The notes under the pieces were generated by a model. The model did no database searches. It saw only the letters and a program-made list of their open reading frames with translations, and had not been told where the DNA came from. 64,000 bases of DNA. It comes from Acidobacteriota bacterium. GTDB lineage: Bacteria > Acidobacteriota > UBA6911. Position numbers and translations under genes: made by a program. The DNA lies in the NCBI GenBank assembly GCA_963664705.1, contig OY761556.1, positions 4,992,001-5,056,000 on the forward strand, written 5' to 3'. Positions 56,471 to 64,000 of the stretch are shown here, in pieces. The number at the start of each line of letters is the position of its first letter. Positions within the stretch are counted from its first letter, which is position 1.

Positions 56471-57115
56471 TTACTTTGCGGCTGCTCCTGCCGCCTCGGC
56501 AGGGGCCATCTTCATTACGGCAATGATGATCCGGGCAGTTGCCTCAAGCTGGTTTTTGGGGTCGATCATAAAATCGTAAAGATAAGGATCCAGCCGATTC
56601 CGTTCATAATAAAGCCGAACGTATTCCATGCGCTCCGAGTCCGTCGCGCGAATCAAAGCTTCCACATCGGTACCCGATTCAACGCGCTGCTTGACTCGGC
56701 GCACTCTATCTTCCCATCGGGCATAGATGAAAGCATGGAATACGTCTTCTTTATCCTGCAGGATGCAGGGAGAACCGCGGCCAACAATCACGCAATGGCC
56801 GATCCTGTAAGCTTCTTCGATTACCGCTTTCGCCACGAACGCAGCTTCTTCCGCATCAAACAGCTTCACCGGAGCAACAACAGATACGCCATCCACACCC
56901 GTGCCCCAGATTGATCGCGTGATACGGTGAAGCCACGGATCAACCCGTCCGTCAACCGCGGCAACATCGGCCGGATCCACCTGCTCTCTCCTGCTGATTT
57001 CAGCAATTACTTCCTTATCAACAAGTTTCCACCCCAGCTCGCGTGCAATAATGCCCGCTATTTCCGTACCGCCGCTTCCAAATTCTCTTGAGATTGTCAA
57101 AGCCCGGTATCTCAT
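56471..57115 (-). CDS. Cytidylate kinase-like family protein
   Basis: TISREFGSGG, CVIVGRG, D.ER..Y, DPYLYD; GGGAGG RBS. Confidence 0.88.
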   Translation of the reverse strand: MRYRALTISREFGSGGTEIAGIIARELGWKLVDKEVIAEISRREQVDPADVAAVDGRVDPWLHRITRSIWGTGVDGVSVVAPVKLFDAEEAAFVAKAVIEEAYRIGHCVIVGRGSPCILQDKEDVFHAFIYARWEDRVRRVKQRVESGTDVEALIRATDSERMEYVRLYYERNRLDPYLYDFMIDPKNQLEATARIIIAVMKMAPAEAAGAAAK

Positions 57116-57210
57116 GTTTGCCTCCCGATGGATAAGACTTGCTATTCGCCGGCAACGGATATCGAAAACGTCATTGTTCCGCTGCATTCAATTCTGACGA
57201 TCTGTTCAGA

Positions 57211-57624
57211 CTATGCAAACTGCCCGGCTGCTTCCGGCTGATAGATTATTTCCTTTATCTTCAAGCGCCTGATTCCCGCCGGCACTTCCCATTCCACTGT
57301 ATCCCCAGCTCCATAGCCAATCAGCGCCGTCCCAATGGGAGCCATTACTGAGATCTTGCCCTCCTCATAGTCAGCCTCGCTTGGAAACACCAGTTGAATC
57401 GTCATCTCCTTGCCGGAATCGAGATCTTTCACCAGCATTCGCGTGTTCATTGTAACAATATCGGGGGGCACTTTGCGGGATGAGACCACAGCCGCCCGGT
57501 CCAGTTCAGCCTCCAAATCCTCCAGATATTCCCGGTCTTTCTGATTCCAGTTGTGGCTTCCTTCGAGCAGCTTTCGAAGCCGGCCCATGTCTGAATCAGT
57601 AATGTAAAGTTTTCTCTCTTTCAT
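57211..57624 (-). CDS. rnk: Nucleoside diphosphate kinase regulator (GreA/B-like)
   Basis: IT..D..RL, ELDRA, DIVTMN, LVFP, ISVMAPIGTALIG, YQPEAAG. Confidence 0.92.
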   Translation of the reverse strand: MKERKLYITDSDMGRLRKLLEGSHNWNQKDREYLEDLEAELDRAAVVSSRKVPPDIVTMNTRMLVKDLDSGKEMTIQLVFPSEADYEEGKISVMAPIGTALIGYGAGDTVEWEVPAGIRRLKIKEIIYQPEAAGQFA

Positions 57625-57698
57625 ATGAGCTCCTTTATCTCCACTGAGGCCATTCCGAGATCGCCCGCACCCAAACAATGTTTTTCAAGCTTATTGAA

Positions 57699-57890
57699 TC
57701 AGCGGCTGGATGCCCGACCATTCCTGCCGAATGGATGGTTGCGCGGGGGCACAGCCTGTCCGCACGAGATGCAGTCGATGACCCGATCTCTTGAGCGACG
57801 AGGCGCAGATTGCACTTTTCCGCAATGAGGACACTTCCTCTTCCGCCCGGCAATGCCACTACAGATACCCGCAAGAAATAATGGATTCAT
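57699..57890 (-). CDS. Small zinc-ribbon protein
   Basis: MNPLFLAG..RKCPHCGK..DCISCG; two CxxC pairs in 63 aa. Confidence 0.55.
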   Translation of the reverse strand: MNPLFLAGICSGIAGRKRKCPHCGKVQSAPRRSRDRVIDCISCGQAVPPRNHPFGRNGRASSR

Positions 57891-58282
57891 CGGATCACCA
57901 CTTTCGATACAAATCATCTCGCGGTCAGTTATCCGCTACAATCAGGCAGATACTGGAAATCCACATCCGGAGAATCTGAAAACAGCCTCATCCTATGGAT
58001 TGATTTCACGTAATCCATCGGATGAGATGGCTCTCAATACAAATTTTGATTATTTGGGGCATGCATTGACTTCGCCGAAATTGCAGTTGAGTTCAGACAG
58101 CGCGCATGTTAATCGTAAGTTCAATCAACAGGAAGGACCCCAAGGATCGAATCGGGGTTGCGGTATTTCCTGACCCAGATCCCCTTTCTGCTGTCGCTTG
58201 GGGCACAGGAAAGATTCCTGGAAATTCCAGGCTTATGGCTGGAATGACTGCTCCGGGTTTTTCACAGACGCGCGGGTGTGAA

Positions 58283-59425
58283 ATGGCAAATAAGACGGGC
58301 GGATCAAAGAAGAACATTCCCCAAGGGTTACGGCAAAAGAGGGAGCAATCTCTCATCCTTGCTGAACGCGTGAAGGAGCTGAACTGCCTTTATGCTATTT
58401 CCAAAATATCTGAGAAAAGGGGCCTGGACCTCGATGGCATTATACGCCAGACGATCGAGGTAATTCCGATGGCGTGGCAGTATCCCGAAATGGCGGGCGC
58501 GCAGGTGGCTCTGGAGCGTAAAAGCTTCAAGACAAAAAAATTCGCACATACGGCATGGATCCAGGAGTGTCCAATCATTGTGAGGGGGATTTCGGTCGGA
58601 ACTCTTTCAGTGAGTTACAGGCAAGAGAGGCCGCGGCAGGATGAGGGGCCCTTCCTCAAAGAAGAGAGAAACCTACTGAACATAGCCGCCCAGAAACTCG
58701 GAGATGTTATCGAGCGGAAATGGTCGGAGGAGAAACTTCTGCACTATCAGGAAGAGCTTCGATCTCTGGCAGCGGAACTTGCGCTCAGCGAAGAACGCGA
58801 GCGTCGAAGGATTGCACAGGCGCTTCACGACAGGATCGGCCAGGTATTGGCGCTGATCAATATTAAAATCGGGGCTATCCTTGCCCCGTCTAACAATGCA
58901 CTTTCAAAAAGCGACTTGCGTGAAATCCGGCGACTTGTATCAGACTGTATCGCCGAGACTCGCTCCTTGACCTTTGATCTGAGCCCTCCGATTCTCTACG
59001 AACTCGGATTTGGAGCCGCATTGGAATGGCTGGCAGAACGCATACAACAGCAGTATGGGATTCGTGTGGAGATCGCCGGAAACCAAAAGGAAATCCCTCT
59101 GAGCACAGAATGGCAGGCCATGCTATTCAATGCGATCCGGGAGCTCCTGGTCAACGTCGGCAAACATGCAAAAACAAAAAGCGCCAGGGTATCACTGCAG
59201 AAAACGAAAAATGAGATCGTAGCGGTAATAGCAGACAGAGGGATCGGGATGAACCCGGAAAAATCCAGGAGAGGAAAACCAAGCGGCGACGGGTTCGGTC
59301 TGTTCAGCATTCGAGAACGTGTCGGTGCCATGGGAGGCCGGTTTGAGTTGTCCTCCCAACGCGGGCGAGGAACGAGTGTTTCTCTTTGCATTCCTTTCAG
59401 GTATGGAACTCCGAAAAGGAGGTAA
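58283..59425 (+). CDS. Cytoplasmic sensor histidine kinase (HisKA_3)
   Basis: EERERRRIAQALHD, ELLVNVGKHA, DRGIG, GFGLFSIRER. Confidence 0.93.
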   Translation: MANKTGGSKKNIPQGLRQKREQSLILAERVKELNCLYAISKISEKRGLDLDGIIRQTIEVIPMAWQYPEMAGAQVALERKSFKTKKFAHTAWIQECPIIVRGISVGTLSVSYRQERPRQDEGPFLKEERNLLNIAAQKLGDVIERKWSEEKLLHYQEELRSLAAELALSEERERRRIAQALHDRIGQVLALINIKIGAILAPSNNALSKSDLREIRRLVSDCIAETRSLTFDLSPPILYELGFGAALEWLAERIQQQYGIRVEIAGNQKEIPLSTEWQAMLFNAIRELLVNVGKHAKTKSARVSLQKTKNEIVAVIADRGIGMNPEKSRRGKPSGDGFGLFSIRERVGAMGGRFELSSQRGRGTSVSLCIPFRYGTPKRR

Positions 59426-59429
59426 CGTT

Positions 59430-60092
59430 TTGAGCATACGCATTTTGATTGCCGATGATCACAAAATCATGCTGGACGGCCTTAAGGCACTGATTGAAGC
59501 ACAGCAGGACATGAAGGTTGTGGGACAGGCGCTAAACGGAAGAGAAGCCGTCAAGCTTGCTCACAAGGAAAAGCCGGACATGGTTATAATAGATGTGGCA
59601 ATGCCGGACCTCAACGGATTGGAAGCCATGCGGCAGATTCTCTCGGAGAATCCTAAGACGAAGGTTATCGCGCTATCAATGCACTCAGATAGGCGCTATG
59701 TGACAGGGATGCTGTCCGCCGGAGCTTCAGGATACATCCTGAAACATTGCGCATTCGAGGAGCTGGCTCACGCCATCCGCACAGTCCTTTCCAATCAGGT
59801 TTATCTGAGTCCGACCATAGCCGGAATTGTGGTTAAAGAGCTGTCCCAACCCAAAAACACGCGTTCCCGGGCGCAGGCCGCATCATTATCATCTTTAACA
59901 TCGAGAGAGCGGGAGGTTCTGCAGCTCATAGCCGAAGGGCACAGCGCCCGCGAAATCGCGCAATGCCTCCATTTGAGTGTGAAAACTATTGAGACTCACC
60001 GCAGGCAGATCATGGACAAACTGGGGATCCGCAGCGTGGCAGAGCTGACCAAATTCGCAATCCGCGAAGGCTTAACTTCCCTGGAAAAGTAG
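59430..60092 (+). CDS. NarL/LuxR family response regulator
   Basis: IADDH, DVAMPDLNG, LTSREREVLQLIAEG, KTIETHR; TTG start after AGGAGG. Confidence 0.95.
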   Translation: MSIRILIADDHKIMLDGLKALIEAQQDMKVVGQALNGREAVKLAHKEKPDMVIIDVAMPDLNGLEAMRQILSENPKTKVIALSMHSDRRYVTGMLSAGASGYILKHCAFEELAHAIRTVLSNQVYLSPTIAGIVVKELSQPKNTRSRAQAASLSSLTSREREVLQLIAEGHSAREIAQCLHLSVKTIETHRRQIMDKLGIRSVAELTKFAIREGLTSLEK

Positions 60093-60250
60093 AGCGGCCG
60101 CATACTCATCCTTTGGATGATACAATACGGGCAAAAAGATTAAGTAATTCCAGCTATTGGTGTCAGGCATTCTAGTCCATCGCCGATTGTGCTCCTTCCT
60201 ATATCCGGACATCATAGACATCGACAACAGAACTCTCGCAAGAGGATAGT

Positions 60251-60730
60251 ATGCAACCTGACATCTTCGGCGACTTAACCCAACAGAATGGAGTTCTTGC
60301 CAGATTGCGCGAGATCGCATCCCGCGGCTCTCTTGATGAGTACCAGGTCGGGCTTGCCAGGATCCTGAGGTTCAAGCAGAACCCCGGCATCATCAACGCA
60401 GCTCTGGAATACTCCGGCAAAATTGAGCAAGCTTCGGAAATACTCATCGCTGAGGCGCTCAATGTTCTCGTTTCGCAGGATCTTCCAATCCATACCAGGG
60501 CACTGGCTGCGAAGGTTCTTGGTCACTTGATCAGTCGTTACCCCGTCGAAACGGTTTCAGATTTCGATGTCGAGAGGGTAATCGAGTCCATGGTTCACAT
60601 GCTGTCCAGATCGCAGGCACCCATGATCAAACAGGCGCTCTTCAGATCTGTTTCTGCCACCCGCAGATCCATGGAGCGGCGGAAGGTCGTTTCACCATTC
60701 ACAAAGATCAATCCTGATACGCCTGCTTGA
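60251..60730 (+). CDS. Hypothetical helical-repeat protein
   Basis: GAGGA RBS; 159 aa; HEAT-like RALAAKVLGHL. Confidence 0.65.
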   Translation: MQPDIFGDLTQQNGVLARLREIASRGSLDEYQVGLARILRFKQNPGIINAALEYSGKIEQASEILIAEALNVLVSQDLPIHTRALAAKVLGHLISRYPVETVSDFDVERVIESMVHMLSRSQAPMIKQALFRSVSATRRSMERRKVVSPFTKINPDTPA

Positions 60731-60873
60731 ATCCGGCAGCAGCCTGGCTAGGAATTCAGTTTTTTTGCTCGACTTGTTGCGCAATGCCGAGTGAATAGGC
60801 TCTGCGTGGCAATGAGAAGAGACCCTTATCGATCACACAAAAGAAAAATCGTCCGGGAAAAAGGGGCGCTCTC

Positions 60874-61866
60874 CTATTTGGGGGATGAATTCAGCATGGA
60901 TGCCTTGAGGAGCGAGAAGCCTTGCTCCATTGTGACAGAGGGGTGGTAATTCAGATCACGGCGGGCTGCGCTGATATTGAACCAGTGCGCCGTCGATAAC
61001 TCCTCAACGAGGAATCGTGTGACTCGAGGTTCGCGACGGATGCGGAGCAATTTGTGCAACAGTTCAAGCGCTCCGCCGGCCGCATAGGCCAGGCGCGGTT
61101 GAATAGAGGATGAAATCCGCGGCAGTCCGCCAATCACAAGCACGCGATTGACAAATTCCCAGAGATCCATCGGTTCACCCTGGGAAATAAAATAGGCTTT
61201 GCCCGCTGCGGACGATCCCGGTTGGAGAACATCTGCCGCCAGCAAATGCGACTCCGCCGCATCTTCAATAAAGGTGAAATCCACCAGCTTCGCCCCTGCA
61301 CCAATCCGTTTGAAACTCCGGCCGCGCGCCAGAATGCCCGGTACGAGATGCGTGTCCCCTGGGCCCCAGACCAGATGAGGACGGAGAGCGACTGTCGCGA
61401 GACTTTGGGAGTTTGCCTCCAACACAAGCTTTTCCGACTTTGCTTTTGTCTCGGGGTAGGGCGATTTGAAATGCGCCGGATATGGAACGGATTCGTCTAC
61501 TCCTTCCATATCGCGGCCGTTGAAAACGACGCTGGGAGAACTGGTAAATACAATCCGTGAAATACCGTTCCGGCGCGCGGCTTCGAGTATGTTTTCCGTA
61601 CCGATGACATTCGTCTGATAGAAATCGACATACGGGCCCCACAGATCGGCCTTGGCTGCGACGTGGAAAATAATGTCACACCCGTGGCAGGCTCTCTCGA
61701 CATCCTCCCGCCGGCCCAGATCTCCACGAAAGGTCTCAACGCCGATTGCCTCAAGAGTCGGATACGCTCCGCGTGAGAAGCTGCGCACATCCCAACCCCG
61801 CCCCCGGAGTTTGCGCACAATCGCCCCGCCAAGCGAACCTCCGCCCCCGGTTACAAGAGCTTTCAT
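60874..61866 (-). CDS. oleD: OleD-like NAD(P)-dependent reductase (3-beta-HSD family)
   Basis: TGGGGSLG, HVAAKA, TSSPSV, YPETK, LRPHLVWGPGD; follows oleC. Confidence 0.85.
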   Translation of the reverse strand: MKALVTGGGGSLGGAIVRKLRGRGWDVRSFSRGAYPTLEAIGVETFRGDLGRREDVERACHGCDIIFHVAAKADLWGPYVDFYQTNVIGTENILEAARRNGISRIVFTSSPSVVFNGRDMEGVDESVPYPAHFKSPYPETKAKSEKLVLEANSQSLATVALRPHLVWGPGDTHLVPGILARGRSFKRIGAGAKLVDFTFIEDAAESHLLAADVLQPGSSAAGKAYFISQGEPMDLWEFVNRVLVIGGLPRISSSIQPRLAYAAGGALELLHKLLRIRREPRVTRFLVEELSTAHWFNISAARRDLNYHPSVTMEQGFSLLKASMLNSSPK

Positions 61867-63503
61867 CGCAGTTCCCCTTCCGCCCAGGTGGCCAGCTTCT
61901 CGCGATATATCTTGGCATTGTGCCTGACATCGACGGGAAACGAGCGATGGAACAGGAATGTCCGGATATCCTTCGTCACGGTGTGCGCCGATCCAAGTGC
62001 GACGAGTTCATCGCGGATCCGGGCATGGCTCATCCCCCTTGCCGAAGGCTCCAATTCAACGCAGAGGACAGGTTCCTTCGCCCCCTCCGGCCCCGTCCCT
62101 ACAAGCGCCGACCGATAAACCGCCGGGTGTCGATTGAAAACTCCCTCACATGCAACCGGGAACAGCGTGCCACGGGACGTGACAATCCGGTGAAATTTTC
62201 GCCCGCAAAACCAAAGCCGGTCGTCGGAATCGTAATACCCGACATCTCCCATCCGATGAAAAATCGTACCGTCCTTGCCGTGAATCTTTGCCAGCCGCGT
62301 CCCCTGCGGATCGCTGTCATAATGAGGGGAAACATTCGTCCCTGAAACAACGATCTCACCGATTTGTCCGGGCGGGAGTAACATGTCCTCCTCCCACTGA
62401 GAAATCGGCTCATCGGTGACCGCGATTATCCCAACAAATAATTCGGGAAGAGGTTTCCCTACACATACACCGGCGCCCTGTGCTGTTTGTTCCTCGGTCC
62501 CTCCCAGGATTTCCTCATGGGAAATTGTAGTTACAGGCAGCGCTTCCGTGGCGCCGTAAGGAGTGTAAATAACCGCGCCTTCGGGAAGGTGCTCGAGAAA
62601 TGAGCGCAGGATCTTCGGCGAAATCGGGGCTCCCGCGGACAGGACGCGCTTGAGCGAATTCAAATTTCCTTCTCTGAAATTATCAGATGAGGATACGCGT
62701 TTTAGCAGTGCCGGCGACCCGAACATGTGCGTTACGCGATGCTCCCGGATCGGGCGTAGAATTTGATCCGGATCCACGCTCCCAGGTCTCGTAAAATCCA
62801 TTTGGGGAATGACGGAGGTGACGCCCATCGCCGGATCGAAAAGCGCAAATAGCGGGAAGGTTGCGAGGCTGACCTCACCTTCCTTGATTCCGTGGTGTTT
62901 CTGCAGCAGTTCTACCTGGGCGCTCAAAATCCGCCGCGTATACACAGCTCCCTTGGAAGGCCCGGTGCTCCCGGAAGTGAACGCCACTGCTGCGGGTTCG
63001 TCCGGATCGAACGCCACGGGATTGAGCTTCGGTGCCGACAGGCCCGCTGCTCTGACCCTTCGATAAGTCGTTCCACCCCACAGGCCCGGTCCCCCGACGT
63101 TAATGTTGAGTTTGACGGTGCGTCTCCCCCAACCCAAAAGCAGCCGGCCCAGATGCGCGCGTGGGATTCCGATGAAGACCTCGGGTGAGGCCTTATCAAG
63201 GCATCGCCCGATCTGCCGTCTCCCGATCCCCGGATCAATCAAAATCGGTATCGAACCCAGTTGCAGCAATGCAAAGGCAAGGGGAAAAAACTCAAGCGAT
63301 GGAGGGACGAGGAATGCCACCTTAGTTCCCTTCCGTATCCCATGCTGAAACAGCCCTCGCGCCAGAATCTCGCTTTCCTGCGCAAGCTCGCGAAACGACA
63401 GATTCCCACCGGGCAGGATATATGCGATGCGGTCCGGCGACTGTTCGGCACGCTGCCGGAGACAGGTCACAAAATCAATGGCGTAGGAATCGGTCATATT
63501 CAT
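61863..63503 (-). CDS. oleC: OleC-like beta-lactone synthetase (ANL family)
   Basis: LIDPGIG, FTSGSTGPSKG, TFPLFALF, TPYGATEALP, HRMGDVG, FPVDVRHNAKI. Confidence 0.9.
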   Translation of the reverse strand: MNMTDSYAIDFVTCLRQRAEQSPDRIAYILPGGNLSFRELAQESEILARGLFQHGIRKGTKVAFLVPPSLEFFPLAFALLQLGSIPILIDPGIGRRQIGRCLDKASPEVFIGIPRAHLGRLLLGWGRRTVKLNINVGGPGLWGGTTYRRVRAAGLSAPKLNPVAFDPDEPAAVAFTSGSTGPSKGAVYTRRILSAQVELLQKHHGIKEGEVSLATFPLFALFDPAMGVTSVIPQMDFTRPGSVDPDQILRPIREHRVTHMFGSPALLKRVSSSDNFREGNLNSLKRVLSAGAPISPKILRSFLEHLPEGAVIYTPYGATEALPVTTISHEEILGGTEEQTAQGAGVCVGKPLPELFVGIIAVTDEPISQWEEDMLLPPGQIGEIVVSGTNVSPHYDSDPQGTRLAKIHGKDGTIFHRMGDVGYYDSDDRLWFCGRKFHRIVTSRGTLFPVACEGVFNRHPAVYRSALVGTGPEGAKEPVLCVELEPSARGMSHARIRDELVALGSAHTVTKDIRTFLFHRSFPVDVRHNAKIYREKLATWAEGELR

Positions 63504-64000
63504 TCCGTCGACAAAAAGTCAAGCAGCAGCGGCAGGATTGCATCCTTCTCGTCTTCAAGGACATTGTGGCCCGCATCCGGAAACATGTGCAGCCGGGCTT
63601 GCGGGAAATAGCGCGCCCACTCGGCACAAATCTCCCGATCGAAAATGAAGTCCCGTGCACCCCAGAAGATAGCCACCGGAATGTGCCGAAGTAACTGAAG
63701 TTTATCCTGCACTCCTTTGAGCACGGAGTAGGAAATATGCTCCGGTCCGAAGGGAATATCCTGAACGAAGCGCAAGATCGCGAGGCGGTCGTCCGATGTG
63801 CGGTAGGGAGCCAGGTACCCGGCGCGGATCGAGGCGCTGAGTCGCTGCTTGGTACACATCAGGCGGGATGCCGGATAGGCAAAGGCATTCCAATGCTGAA
63901 TGAGGTATCCAACCGCCCGTGATTGGCCTCCAATACGCAGAACTAAAGGTAATTTTTTTCGCTCCGGCCAGAGAAATGCGGCCGTGTTGAAAATTGCAAT
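63500..64000 (-). CDS. oleB: OleB-like alpha/beta hydrolase, partial at the window edge
   Basis: Frame open to 64000: IFNTAAF..RFVQDIP..WGARDFIFD..FPDAGHNVLED. Confidence 0.85.
   Translation of the reverse strand: MAIFNTAAFLWPERKKLPLVLRIGGQSRAVGYLIQHWNAFAYPASRLMCTKQRLSASIRAGYLAPYRTSDDRLAILRFVQDIPFGPEHISYSVLKGVQDKLQLLRHIPVAIFWGARDFIFDREICAEWARYFPQARLHMFPDAGHNVLEDEKDAILPLLLDFLSTE

Noticed and set aside
58186-58250. Degenerate REP-like sequence ending in GGAATGAC
   Set aside because: Single, poorly paired copy; not supportable from this window.
1-64000. CRISPR arrays, rRNA genes, and the many antisense or nested ORFs in the six-frame track
   Set aside because: No regularly spaced direct repeats or rRNA signatures seen; nested ORFs overlap well-supported genes and lack motifs.

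Overview
Bacterial chromosomal window, most likely Acidobacteriota (inferred from three giant carboxypeptidase-like/TonB-dependent receptors, PadR plus permease-prefix modules and an FhlA-like activator). The main find is at about 5-20.6 kb: an apparent multi-layer cysteine/sulfur-limitation regulon that the ORF track largely misses. It has an Rrf2 regulator with TCTAY-N7-RTAGA boxes over three sigma70 promoters and four short poly-cysteine leader ORFs (one apparently leaderless, one with a terminator/antiterminator pair). A conserved tandem CCRG-ANNN-CYGG hairpin RNA motif is shared by two of the leaders. The controlled genes are metY-yezD-hydE, a Met-free SxxC thioredoxin-like protein followed by tRNA-Cys and a lipoprotein RidA, and an operon of a sulfur-poor TonB receptor, Tat Mo/W-bisPGD enzyme, 4Fe-4S protein, Tat PLP lyase and MsrQ-like membrane protein. 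About 23.6-39 kb is an accessory patchwork: PadR modules, an ECF sigma factor, an IS91-like remnant, a two-tyrosine-recombinase element with 13-bp inverted repeats, and a recurring recombination-site-like motif. The rest holds a third TonB receptor, a sigma54/FhlA unit, an ECF/anti-sigma unit, a P-type ATPase, rnk, a two-component system and oleBCD. No CRISPR array or rRNA was seen. All family calls come from motif recognition by eye, not database searches.
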